DNA of 64,000 bases from an uncultured Gammaproteobacteria bacterium. GTDB taxonomy: Bacteria > Patescibacteriota > Microgenomatia > PFEM01 > JAHIFH01. Position numbers and translations under genes: made by a program. Below are positions 19,201 to 28,379 of the stretch, in pieces. Under the pieces are notes generated by a model. That model saw nothing but the letters and a program-made list of their open reading frames with translations, was not told the DNA's origin and ran no database searches. Numbering within the stretch: the stretch's first letter is position 1; the number at the start of each line of letters is the position of its first letter. The DNA is taken from contig CAZZHA010000001.1 of NCBI GenBank assembly GCA_964653685.1, forward strand, positions 5,794 to 69,793. The letters are read 5' to 3'.

Positions 19201-19691
19201 CAGCGTTCAATTAACTTACTGGTTGCCTCATTCCAACACTCAGGAACCAGGTCAACTGGAAAATTATAAGGTTCAATCTCCTCGCACATCACCGTACCAT
19301 TACCATCAGCGACAATAATCCAGCCACTACTATCATTATAAGCTAACCACCAACCACCACCTGTTTCACCAGCAAAACTAACGCCACCTTTAGCATAAGT
19401 ACCGGTATTATCACTGATCGTAACATTAACATCACTAAGGGGTTTATTATATTTCTCGGCAAAAGCCTCTTTTATTTGTTCAAGGTCTGATTTAGTCTCT
19501 TTGATTGAAGCTGTTGGTGCTGGTGAGGCGACTGGTTCAAATGTTGCTTCAGGACTCATCAACGGTGTGGGTAAAGGACTAGATTCAGCTAAAGATGGGC
19601 CAGATTTCATCGACCAATACAGAGCACCGCCGCCAACAAGAAATATTAAAACTAAAATTACTCCTAGAAACAAAAAAATCTTTTTACTCAT
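19200..19691 (-). CDS. hypothetical secreted protein
   Basis: N-terminal signal/TM, Pro/Ser-rich linker, Gly/Trp-rich domain. Confidence 0.4.
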   Translation of the reverse strand: MSKKIFLFLGVILVLIFLVGGGALYWSMKSGPSLAESSPLPTPLMSPEATFEPVASPAPTASIKETKSDLEQIKEAFAEKYNKPLSDVNVTISDNTGTYAKGGVSFAGETGGGWWLAYNDSSGWIIVADGNGTVMCEEIEPYNFPVDLVPECWNEATSKLIER

Positions 19692-19709
19692 TCAAAAAAT
19701 CACCTCCTT

Positions 19710-20459
19710 TTAAAAACTAACTAAAAAAACAATCAAACCAATGGCCAGACAATAAAAACCAAAAAACCAAAATCTGGCACTCATCAAAACTCTTTCCAAA
19801 ATCTTTAAAGTAAGATAGCCAGTAATGCCGGCAATTATCATTCCCAAAATTCCCTGCTTCAAATAACTACAAGGTGAATAAACCAAATCAGGAATTTGTA
19901 AAACGAAAGCGCCTAGAATGGCAGGCACGGCTAAATAAAAAGAAAAACGAAAAGCCGTTTCCCTTTCTAGTTTACGTCCTAAAGCGGAAACAATCGTTGC
20001 CCCTGAACGAGAGATTCCAGGAATAATCGCTAAGGCTTGAAAAACACCAATCAAAAGAGCATCTCGCCAGTTCAATTTATCAAATTGGCGGTTTAATGAT
20101 TTAAACCGATAAGTAAAAAAAAGTAAAACACCGGTAAATAATAAAGCCAATCCGACTAATCTTAATGAATTGAAAATTTGAGTAATGTAATTTTGGAGAA
20201 AAAGACCAACGATAGCGGCGGGAATTGTGCCGATAATAATCAAGTAAATGGTTTTCTTAGAAATCTTTAACCACTCTTTTCTAAAATAAAGAATAATCGC
20301 GCCGAGAGTACCAAGATGAACTAAAATATCAAATAAAACCGGGGGTTCTGATAGAGCAAAGAGTTTTTGGAAGATAACCAAATGACCTGAAGAGGAAATC
20401 GGTAGGAATTCGGTTAAACCCTGGACAAAACCAAGAATGATTGCCTGAAGGTAACTCAT
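19710..20459 (-). CDS. uppP: undecaprenyl-diphosphate phosphatase
   Basis: BacA/UppP motifs GFVQGLTEFLPISSSGH and PGISRSG. Confidence 0.85.
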   Translation of the reverse strand: MSYLQAIILGFVQGLTEFLPISSSGHLVIFQKLFALSEPPVLFDILVHLGTLGAIILYFRKEWLKISKKTIYLIIIGTIPAAIVGLFLQNYITQIFNSLRLVGLALLFTGVLLFFTYRFKSLNRQFDKLNWRDALLIGVFQALAIIPGISRSGATIVSALGRKLERETAFRFSFYLAVPAILGAFVLQIPDLVYSPCSYLKQGILGMIIAGITGYLTLKILERVLMSARFWFFGFYCLAIGLIVFLVSF

Positions 20460-20485
20460 TAGCCCAATTCTATTAAATTTTCCTT

Positions 20486-20524
20486 CTTAAAACAAGAAAG
20501 CCACCTATTGGTGGTTTCCTTGTT
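20486..20524 (-). terminator. intrinsic terminator downstream of rnpB
   Basis: Minus-strand AACAAGGAAACCACC-AAUA-GGUGGCUUUCUUGUU hairpin followed by UUUAAG. Confidence 0.45.
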
Positions 20525-20822
20525 GTTCCTAAAAAACCCGTAAGCCGGATTCTGTTTTAGCAGCCATCTATCTAGGCCCTCGAACTTTGGTGCTTGGGAA
20601 GACACCTAATAACGCACCTTTCGGAGGTTGCAGCGGGGAGGGTTACCTCTTTTCACCCTCTATCTCAAACCAGTTAGGTTAAAGATGAGTTGTTGTCTCT
20701 GTGGCCCTATCTAGCTCCATACGACCAGGCGCATGGAGTGACGCCTTTCGGCGCCCACCCTGTCTTCGGCTGTCCGGACTTTCCTCCCGCTTAAAGCGGG
20801 TAGCTGCCAGTTTTTTAGGAAC
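20525..20822 (-). ncRNA. rnpB: RNase P RNA (bacterial type, reduced, about 300 nt)
   Basis: GC-rich island in AT-rich DNA. Minus strand reads GGGAGGAAAGUCCGGACAGCC (P4 5' strand) and GCCUAGAUAGAUGGCUGCUAAAACAGAAUCCGGCUUACGGG (3' core), near-identical to E. coli M1 RNA. P1 formed by GUUCCUAAAAAAC / GUUUUUUAGGAAC. Confidence 0.85.
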
Positions 20823-20865
20823 GGGGTTATTTTAGCATAAAAAAGCGAAAAAATCCAGTTTTAGG

Positions 20866-21855
20866 TTAAAGTTTTTTAAATCTTTCTGAAGAGAAAAATT
20901 CTGAAGCAATTACTTGAATCAATAAAACAGAAGGAACGGCTAAAACGGCCCCTAAAATACCACCAAGTTTGAAACCGATCGTTAAAGAAATGATTGTTAT
21001 TAAAGGATTAACACCCGCTTCTTTACCAACAATTTGAGGATAAATGAAATTAGCCTCAATCTGTTGAATCAAAAAATAGAGAGCCGCTACCGCCAAAGCC
21101 ATTAAGGGTGAAACCGTCAAACCCGCCAAAATGGCCGGTATTGAAGCCGCTACTGGTCCGATATTGGGAACAACTTCAAAAAGCCCGGCTAAAAGAGCCA
21201 AAGGCAAAGCAAACTCAATTCCCAATAAACGCAATCCCAAATAAGATACTAAGCCAATAATTACCATGGAAACCATTTGGGCTCTTATCCAACCACCAAT
21301 TTTCTCTTCCATGGCATCAATAAACTTTTCTGCTTTTTGTTCTCCGTCGCCACCAAAAAGAATATGAAGATAACGATTAAGATTCTTTCTTTCTAAAAGA
21401 AGATAGAAGGTAATTACCAAGAGAGCAGCAATCGCCACCACATTAGCTAAAATTCCCATGCTTATTTTAACCAGATTAGCGGGGACCGAACCTAGTTGTT
21501 GAATTTGGCTTTCTACAATGCGCTGGTCAATATTGGGAATACCCAAACCTTCAATGAATTCAGGTGCATTGGTAATTAAAGTTGAAGTCTGATCAACTAG
21601 GGGCGGAATGATACCAGCAATTACCAAACCAACAACCAGGAAAATCAGAATATAAACTAGAATAATTCCCAAAATCCTAGGAATTTTTATCTTCTCCAAG
21701 CGGTCAATCGTCGGATTAATGGCCGTCATTAAAATCAATGCAACAAATAAACCAATAATAATTTGTCTGATTTGCCAGAGTAAGCCGAGAAGAATCAAAA
21801 AAGCCACGGTGAAGATAATCGTTCGATGAGAAATCTCAATTTTCTTAGGCATCAC
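20866..21855 (-). CDS. AI-2E family transporter (PerM/UPF0118)
   Basis: 8-TM topology and typical N-terminus. Confidence 0.65.
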   Translation of the reverse strand: MMPKKIEISHRTIIFTVAFLILLGLLWQIRQIIIGLFVALILMTAINPTIDRLEKIKIPRILGIILVYILIFLVVGLVIAGIIPPLVDQTSTLITNAPEFIEGLGIPNIDQRIVESQIQQLGSVPANLVKISMGILANVVAIAALLVITFYLLLERKNLNRYLHILFGGDGEQKAEKFIDAMEEKIGGWIRAQMVSMVIIGLVSYLGLRLLGIEFALPLALLAGLFEVVPNIGPVAASIPAILAGLTVSPLMALAVAALYFLIQQIEANFIYPQIVGKEAGVNPLITIISLTIGFKLGGILGAVLAVPSVLLIQVIASEFFSSERFKKL

Positions 21856-22756
21856 TTTTAGAGTACCACTTTTTAACTAAATCTTCTACCCTATTCTCCC
21901 ATCCTTTTTGATTAATGTCAAACCAATCAATTCGCTTATCTTTTTTAAACCAAGTCATTTGTCGACGAGCAAAAGCATGCTCGGCCATCTGCCAACACTC
22001 AATCACGGTTTCTCGATCAACTTTTCCTTCAAAAAAAGGTTTCCATTGAAGATAACCCATGGCGTTCATCGCTGGTAAATCCCAAGAATAACCTTGATCA
22101 ATCAATTTTTTAACTTCTTTTTCCGCTCCCTTTTTAATTCGCTCCTCGACTCGTTTATCGATTCGCTGGTAGATTTTTTGGTAGTCAGTTTTTAACCCAA
22201 TGAATAAAACTGACGGCTGTTGATGTTTTTTGGGTTGCCACTCAGGGTTTTCCTTTTTCCAAGCAACAATCTCAATCGCCCGAATTAAACGTCGAGGGTT
22301 CCGACGATCAGATTGATTCAAAGAAGCGGTTTTAATTGGATCAAGCTCTTCTAAATATTGATAAAGCTTTTGGGAGGACCAATCCTTCATACCCTCACGA
22401 ATCCGAGGACTAGGGGGAATATCTTTGGTAGCTAAACCATCGATCACCGCTTTAATATAAAAACCAGTCCCTCCCACCAAAATTGGCAGTTTGTTTTTCT
22501 TCCAAATCTTTTTAATTGCCTGCCAAACTAAACGATAATATTGAGAAACACTAAATTCTTGGTTAGGTTTAATAATATTGATTAAGTGAATTTTGATTGC
22601 CTTAGGATGATCTTTACCAGTCCCAATATCTAAGCCCTGATAAATCTGACGAGAATCAGCCGAAATTAATTCAACTTTAAACTTTCTCGATAATCTAACC
22701 GCTAGAGCCGTTTTCCCGGTAGCCGTCAAGCCACAAATAATTAGAAGTTTTTTCAT
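21845..22756 (-). CDS. miaA: tRNA dimethylallyltransferase
   Basis: P-loop GLTATGKT, SADSRQIYQGLDIGTGK. Confidence 0.85.
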   Translation of the reverse strand: MKKLLIICGLTATGKTALAVRLSRKFKVELISADSRQIYQGLDIGTGKDHPKAIKIHLINIIKPNQEFSVSQYYRLVWQAIKKIWKKNKLPILVGGTGFYIKAVIDGLATKDIPPSPRIREGMKDWSSQKLYQYLEELDPIKTASLNQSDRRNPRRLIRAIEIVAWKKENPEWQPKKHQQPSVLFIGLKTDYQKIYQRIDKRVEERIKKGAEKEVKKLIDQGYSWDLPAMNAMGYLQWKPFFEGKVDRETVIECWQMAEHAFARRQMTWFKKDKRIDWFDINQKGWENRVEDLVKKWYSKSDA

Positions 22757-22781
22757 TTATGCTATATTTATATTTTAGCAG

Positions 22782-23474
22782 ATGAAGGACAGAGAAATTA
22801 TCAAAAAGTTAAAATCCCTTTCTAATCCCAAGAATATCGAGGGAATGATTCGTTTTGGGATTAACCCTAAAAATACCTATGGTGTCTCTCTTCCTGTTCT
22901 TAGAAAAATGGCTAAACAGATTGGTAAAAATCATCAATTAGCCCAACAACTCTGGGATTCAGGTATTCACGAAGCCCGAATCTTGGCGGGTTTGATTGGT
23001 GAACCAGAGAAGTTAACGGAAAAGCAAATGGAAAAATGGGTGAAAGATTTCGATTCCTGGGATATTTGTGATCAGGTTTGTAGTAATCTTTTTGATAAAA
23101 CTCAATTTGCCTATTCAAAAGCTTTTACCTGGACTAAAAGAAAAGAAGAGTTTGTTAAAAGAGCTGGTTTTGTGATGATGGCCTGTTTGTCAGTCTATGA
23201 TAAAGAAGCTAATAATAAAAAATTTGAGCAATTTTTTCCGATTATCAAAAGAGAAGCTGATGATCAAAGAAATTTTGTGAGAAAAGCCGTTAATTGGGCT
23301 TTAAGACAGATTGGTAAAAGAAATCTTGTTTTGAATAAGAAAGCCATTGCTGTGGCTAAGCAAATTCAAAAGATGGAATCTAAAAGCGCTCAATGGATTG
23401 CTAATAATGCTTTAAAGGAATTGACGAGTGAGGCAGTCCAAGAAAGACTGGTCGCGAAAAAAATGCTAAAATAG
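22782..23474 (+). CDS. DNA alkylation repair protein (AlkD/AlkC HEAT-like family)
   Basis: HEAT-like repeats with W...D.W..CD motif typical of PF08713. Confidence 0.5.
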   Translation: MKDREIIKKLKSLSNPKNIEGMIRFGINPKNTYGVSLPVLRKMAKQIGKNHQLAQQLWDSGIHEARILAGLIGEPEKLTEKQMEKWVKDFDSWDICDQVCSNLFDKTQFAYSKAFTWTKRKEEFVKRAGFVMMACLSVYDKEANNKKFEQFFPIIKREADDQRNFVRKAVNWALRQIGKRNLVLNKKAIAVAKQIQKMESKSAQWIANNALKELTSEAVQERLVAKKMLK

Positions 23475-23499
23475 CTTTAAGGAAAGGGGGTGAGAAATA

Positions 23500-23883
23500 A
23501 TGAAAGGTTATGTAGGAAAAATAGAAGAGCTTACTGAAAAAAATAGTAACTTTAGGCAAGTCCTTTTTACCGGTAAATACTGCCAGTTAGTGGTCATGAG
23601 TCTAAAACCAAAAGAGGAAATCGGCATGGAGGTTCACAATCAACTGGACCAATTTTTCCGGATTGAAGAGGGACAAGCCAAGGTAATAATTGATGGTGAG
23701 GAACATCTTGTCGGCGATGGGGATGCAATTATTGTTCCGGGTGGTAGTCAACACAATGTTATTAATAATTCAGAAACCGAAGACCTTAAGCTTTACACAA
23801 TCTATTCTCCGCCCAATCATCCTGAGGGAACGATTCATCAAACAAAAGAAGAAGCGATGGCGGCTGAACACGAGGAACACTAA
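23500..23883 (+). CDS. cupin-2 domain protein
   Basis: Cupin motifs G(X)5HXH (GMEVHNQLD) and GDAIIVPGGSQHNV. Confidence 0.6.
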   Translation: MKGYVGKIEELTEKNSNFRQVLFTGKYCQLVVMSLKPKEEIGMEVHNQLDQFFRIEEGQAKVIIDGEEHLVGDGDAIIVPGGSQHNVINNSETEDLKLYTIYSPPNHPEGTIHQTKEEAMAAEHEEH

Positions 23884-23885
23884 AA

Positions 23886-24920
23886 CTAAACCTTAGTTTT
23901 TTGGTTAATCAATTTCTCTAAAATTTGCCAACGTCGTTTTTTCTCTTCTGAAGAAACATTATCTTTTAATTTAAAAGCAGCCGTACCTGGTCTGGGTGAA
24001 TATTTGGCGATGTAGGCTTTAACAAAACCAACCTTTTGACAAAGTTTAACCGTATTTTTAAAAGCTTTTTTAGTTTCTCCCGGAAAACCAACAATAATAT
24101 CAGTACTAATCTGAATATTGGGTATCTTCTTTTTGATTTTTTCTACTAACTTCAGGTATTGAGAAACAGTATAAGGACGATTCATCTTCTTTAAAATCTG
24201 ATTATCACCGGATTGGACCGGTAAATGAAGTTCCCGACTAACTTTTGCTAAACTCATCGCCTCAATAATCTCATCAGTCAAATCCCAAGGATTAGAAGTA
24301 AGAAAAGAAATTTTTTTAATTCCTTTTGTTTCATGAAGACCTTTAAGCAGTTTAGCAAAATTAGGTTGGTAAGAATTAACATTTTGGCCTAATAAAATAA
24401 CTTCTTGATAACCTTGTTTAACTAGATTCTCTACCTCAGTAATAATTTCCTTAAAAGGCCGACTGATTTCCTTGCCTCGAGCATAAGGAACAACACAATA
24501 AGAACAGAAATGATCACAACCCTCCATAATTGAAATCAAAGCACTGTTTTTCTTTTTTCTCTTAGGTTCAACTTTTTCAGAAGCAATTAATTCTTCAATA
24601 GTTTTAAATTCGTTAACTTGAGGCAATTTCCTTTTCAATTGACGTAAAGTGTAACGTCGTCTTTCACCTAAAGCTGAACCTAACATGCAACCAGTCAGAA
24701 TAATTTTCTGGTTTTTTTTTCTCTGTTGATTAAGATTATTAATTAAACCAAAAACCCGGTTTTCCGCTGATTCTCGAACCGAACAAGTGTTAATCACAAT
24801 CACATTAGCCTCTTCAATTTTCTTAGCCAGTTGATAACCTTTTTTTTCAAAAACACCAGCCATTCTCTCCGAATCTGCCTCATTCATCTGACAACCAAAA
24901 GTCTGAATAAAATATTTCAT
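23886..24920 (-). CDS. MiaB-like radical-SAM methylthiotransferase (no TRAM domain)
   Basis: MTTase N-domain (FGCQMNEADSE), radical SAM CDHFCSYC; 344 aa. Confidence 0.7.
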   Translation of the reverse strand: MKYFIQTFGCQMNEADSERMAGVFEKKGYQLAKKIEEANVIVINTCSVRESAENRVFGLINNLNQQRKKNQKIILTGCMLGSALGERRRYTLRQLKRKLPQVNEFKTIEELIASEKVEPKRKKKNSALISIMEGCDHFCSYCVVPYARGKEISRPFKEIITEVENLVKQGYQEVILLGQNVNSYQPNFAKLLKGLHETKGIKKISFLTSNPWDLTDEIIEAMSLAKVSRELHLPVQSGDNQILKKMNRPYTVSQYLKLVEKIKKKIPNIQISTDIIVGFPGETKKAFKNTVKLCQKVGFVKAYIAKYSPRPGTAAFKLKDNVSSEEKKRRWQILEKLINQKTKV

Positions 24921-24977
24921 AGCCTATATTTTAACATTTCCAGTCTCTCAATTTTACTCTTGTGATAAAATCAGGCT

Positions 24978-25379
24978 ATGCATCAATTCAAAGTCGCCAA
25001 ATTAGTCCGAGACAAAATTGCCCAAAACATGATTGCTAATGAAAACGCTAGTTATCAAGTCTTAAACGATAAAAATTTTATTCACCAACTAAAAAAGAAA
25101 ATTCTCGAAGAAGCCAAAGAATTGGTTCCCGTTAAAGATAAGGAAAAGATGATTAAAGAAATCGCTGATCTTCAGGAAATTATTAATGCTTTAATCAAAG
25201 CTTTAAAATCTTCAAAAAAGGAAGTCAAAGCCAAACAAAGAGAAGAAAATAAAAAATCAGGCTCTTTTAAAAAAAGGCTTTATATTGAAAAGATTGAATT
25301 AGATAATAAGCACCCATGGCTTGATTACTATCTTTCTCACCCCAAAAAATATCCTAAAATCAAAGAAAAGAGTAATTAA
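24978..25379 (+). CDS. MazG-like all-alpha NTP pyrophosphohydrolase (COG4997-like)
   Basis: KLVRDKI... N-terminus and EIADLQEIINAL block resemble the KLVRDRIPEII / ELADVLEVIYAL family. Confidence 0.5.
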   Translation: MHQFKVAKLVRDKIAQNMIANENASYQVLNDKNFIHQLKKKILEEAKELVPVKDKEKMIKEIADLQEIINALIKALKSSKKEVKAKQREENKKSGSFKKRLYIEKIELDNKHPWLDYYLSHPKKYPKIKEKSN

Positions 25380-25391
25380 CGGAAAATAATT

Positions 25392-26177
25392 CTAACTACT
25401 GGCACTTGTATATTGAGTTAAAGCATAGCGCCAAAAACGAAGCGATCCCCATAAAAACAAACCATTAACTAAAAAAGCCGCCATTACCCAAGGCCAAGAA
25501 ATCAAGCCCATTAAAGCTTTAGTGGGCACTGTAAAAAGAAAAACCACGGGAATGGTAAAAGTTAAAATCCATCTAATGATTTCCCTATAAATATCGGTTG
25601 GAAAGCGAGCCATGCCGGTCATATCACGATAAATCCAAAGTAAATGGTCTATTTCCATGGTAATGATACCAACGCTGCAAGCAAAAAGATGAAAAGAAAA
25701 ACCCAAGATAAAACTATTAAACAAGAGAAGCATCGCTAAAAATAAGTGATCAAAACCAGCAAAAAGTTGTTGGGAAAAGATAAACCAAACAAAGAAAATT
25801 GAAAGAGGAATTAAAGTAATTAAATCCAAGATATCGGTATAGCCAAAGACTGGTCGGAAAAAAGAAGGTAAAGGTCTTAATAAATCTAAGTCAAAATTAC
25901 CAGAAGTGACCAAGGGTCGAAAATGATAAGCGCCTCGGAATAAAAACTGGGTAAAGATATCAACGATGTTAAAAATTAAAAAGAATAAAATTACTTGTTC
26001 GCGAGAATAACCGGCTAGAGTTTTTGTTTGAGACAAAACTACTAATAAAAAGATAATCATAAAAAGAAATCTCAAAATCTTGCCAATGATAAAGAAAAGA
26101 CCTGATAAGGAAGTCAGTAATTGTTCTTGAGCTGCGTTCTTAGCCATTAAAAACCAAATTTTAGTCAATCGTTTCAT
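25392..26177 (-). CDS. ABC-2 type transporter permease
   Basis: 6-TM ABC-2 permease-like; operon with next permease and ATPase. Confidence 0.6.
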   Translation of the reverse strand: MKRLTKIWFLMAKNAAQEQLLTSLSGLFFIIGKILRFLFMIIFLLVVLSQTKTLAGYSREQVILFFLIFNIVDIFTQFLFRGAYHFRPLVTSGNFDLDLLRPLPSFFRPVFGYTDILDLITLIPLSIFFVWFIFSQQLFAGFDHLFLAMLLLFNSFILGFSFHLFACSVGIITMEIDHLLWIYRDMTGMARFPTDIYREIIRWILTFTIPVVFLFTVPTKALMGLISWPWVMAAFLVNGLFLWGSLRFWRYALTQYTSASS

Positions 26178-26181
26178 TAAT

Positions 26182-27018
26182 TTAGCCTCCCCAGGCAGAG
26201 TAATGCCTTAAACCTTTTCGCCAAACTAACCGCGAAAGATAAAACATCATCACTAACCAAAAAATCATCACTCCTGTTACCTTGATTATTTCCATGATTG
26301 AAACCTGTTCTAGCCAAATTTTTAAAGGAAAATAGATTAAATAAGGAAAGGGAGTAGCGAGAATAAAGCGAGCTAACCAATGAGGAAGAATGTCGATCGG
26401 AAAAAAAGCACCTGACATAAATTCAACTACCACTAACATAATCAACCAGCGCGGTGCCCAATTAGATTCTGTCCAAAAAGATAAAGAACAAGCAATCAGA
26501 TTAATAAAAAAGAAAAGCAAAGCTGATAGGAAAATCAAGAGAATAAAAAAGAGGAGATTAAGCGGGTTTTGAGGAAACCAAAAAGGTGGTCTAAAAAGAT
26601 AAAGAACCAACCCAATCTCAACTAAAACAAAAGAAAGATTCAAGAGTTTGTCAGCCAAATCGCGAGTAAAGTAAAAGTTTCGGGGAGATAAGGGTTTGAC
26701 TAGAAAACTATTAATCTTACCACTATAAATATCGGCCTCAAGGTCGGTACTCCGATTAGACATTACCAATCCCCTTAAAAAGGCAATCCCAATCACATAA
26801 GTCAACATTTGGGCTTTTTGGTAGCCAAAAATTTCACCTCGCCCCTGGTAAATAGCGGCCCAAAAGAAAAAAAGAGTCAAAAAAAGAATAAAACTGCGAA
26901 ATCGCCAAAGAAGAAAGTTCAAACGGTAAACAAAATATTCTTCAAGCGTGTTTTTAATTAATTGAAGATACTTAGTCATACTTCTTACCGGTGAATAATT
27001 CTCGAATAATATCTTCAA
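26182..27018 (-). CDS. ABC-2 type transporter permease
   Basis: 6-TM permease; overlaps ATPase gene 3' end. Confidence 0.6.
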   Translation of the reverse strand: MKILFENYSPVRSMTKYLQLIKNTLEEYFVYRLNFLLWRFRSFILFLTLFFFWAAIYQGRGEIFGYQKAQMLTYVIGIAFLRGLVMSNRSTDLEADIYSGKINSFLVKPLSPRNFYFTRDLADKLLNLSFVLVEIGLVLYLFRPPFWFPQNPLNLLFFILLIFLSALLFFFINLIACSLSFWTESNWAPRWLIMLVVVEFMSGAFFPIDILPHWLARFILATPFPYLIYFPLKIWLEQVSIMEIIKVTGVMIFWLVMMFYLSRLVWRKGLRHYSAWGG

Positions 27019-27955
27019 TTGCCGGTTCTTCGATGTTTAGATCAGCCACTGGTAACTCATTCAAAGCTTTAGTCGCAAGCATTGAAACCTCGTTTCTTTT
27101 GGCCGAAAAAATTAATTCTGGATAATTAAATTCTTTGATTTTGCCAATCGTTTCTAACCTTTTAGGATCCACTTCTTTAGCCAAAATAATTGAAATTTGT
27201 TTATGGTCAGCATATTTTTTAGTAATTTCTCTGAGCTGACCGTCAAAAACAATTTTTCCATTATCAATAATAATGACTCGCTGGCAAAGTTCTTTAACAT
27301 CACTCATATAATGAGAGGTGAGGATAATGGTTGATTTGGAGCGCCGGTTGTATTCTTTAATAAAGTCACGCATCCTCTTTTGCATGACCACATCAAGACC
27401 AATCGTTGGCTCGTCAAGAAAAAGCACCTTGGGCGAATGAAGCAAAGCAGCCACTAATTCACATTTCATTCTCTGACCTAAGGAAAGTTTCCTCACTTGG
27501 ACTCTAAGGAGATCTTTAACCTCAAGTAACCGAGTCAGTTCGTCTAAGGTTTTTTTAAACTGCTTATCAGGAATTCCATAAATCTCCTTATTCAATAAAA
27601 AAGTTTCCATGGCTGGCAAATCCCACCAAAGCTGGTTTTTTTGCCCCATAACTAAAGCAATTTGTTTGAGAAATTCTGGTTTCCTCTTCCAAGGATCAAA
27701 ACCTAAAACCGAAATCTTACCTGAACTAGGATAGAGTAATCCCGAAAGACACTTTAAAGTGGTGGTTTTTCCAGCTCCATTAGGACCAATAAAACCAATT
27801 AACTCACCTTCGTTAATAGAAAAGGAAATATTATTAACCGCCTTAACCTCAACGTATTTTCTCTTAAAAAGAGATTTAACTGAACTAGTTAATCCCGGTT
27901 CTTTTTGATGAACTCGATAGAATTTTTTTAGACGAGAAACTTGAATTGCTGCCAC
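26972..27955 (-). CDS. ABC transporter ATP-binding protein (COG4586-like, C-terminal extension)
   Basis: Walker A GPNGAGKTT, signature LSLGQRMK, Walker B LFLDEPT. Confidence 0.8.
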   Translation of the reverse strand: MAAIQVSRLKKFYRVHQKEPGLTSSVKSLFKRKYVEVKAVNNISFSINEGELIGFIGPNGAGKTTTLKCLSGLLYPSSGKISVLGFDPWKRKPEFLKQIALVMGQKNQLWWDLPAMETFLLNKEIYGIPDKQFKKTLDELTRLLEVKDLLRVQVRKLSLGQRMKCELVAALLHSPKVLFLDEPTIGLDVVMQKRMRDFIKEYNRRSKSTIILTSHYMSDVKELCQRVIIIDNGKIVFDGQLREITKKYADHKQISIILAKEVDPKRLETIGKIKEFNYPELIFSAKRNEVSMLATKALNELPVADLNIEEPAIEDIIRELFTGKKYD

Positions 27956-27991
27956 TGCAGTTTAAAGTTTAACATATCTGAAGGAGAAAAA

Positions 27992-28264
27992 TTACCTGAC
28001 CGCCTTCTTTAATGGTTTGCCTGGAGAAAATCTAGGAGCCCGATGACTTTTAACCATTTTCTTTTCACCGCTTCCAGGAACAATAACTGGCTTTTCTTTA
28101 ACCTTAGCAACTCGAAAAGTACCAAAACCAGAAAGAACGACTTTATCACCTTTTTTTAAAGCATTAGCTATTTCAGTTAAAAAAGTGTCAATTGCCTCTC
28201 GAGAAGCCCTTTTAGTTAAATGGGCCTTAGCCGCTACCAAAGTCACAATTTGTTTTTTAGTCAT
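27992..28264 (-). CDS. hup: DNA-binding protein HU
   Basis: HU/IHF fold (GFGTFRV, arm region R..PRFSPGK). Confidence 0.85.
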   Translation of the reverse strand: MTKKQIVTLVAAKAHLTKRASREAIDTFLTEIANALKKGDKVVLSGFGTFRVAKVKEKPVIVPGSGEKKMVKSHRAPRFSPGKPLKKAVR

Positions 28265-28316
28265 AAATTCACCTCCTTTTTACCACTCTTAAATGGTGAG
28301 CAGGAGATTCCTTTAA

Positions 28317-28345
28317 AGGATAGCTTAAAAGGAGAAGATTGTCAA
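28317..28345 (-). promoter_or_regulatory. sigma70-type promoter for hup (TTGACA-17-TATCCT)
   Basis: Read on minus strand; followed by SD AAAAGGAGGTG before the hup ATG. Confidence 0.5.
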
Positions 28346-28379
28346 GCTAATTCGGCCTTTTCGTTTATTGATTAGCTAA

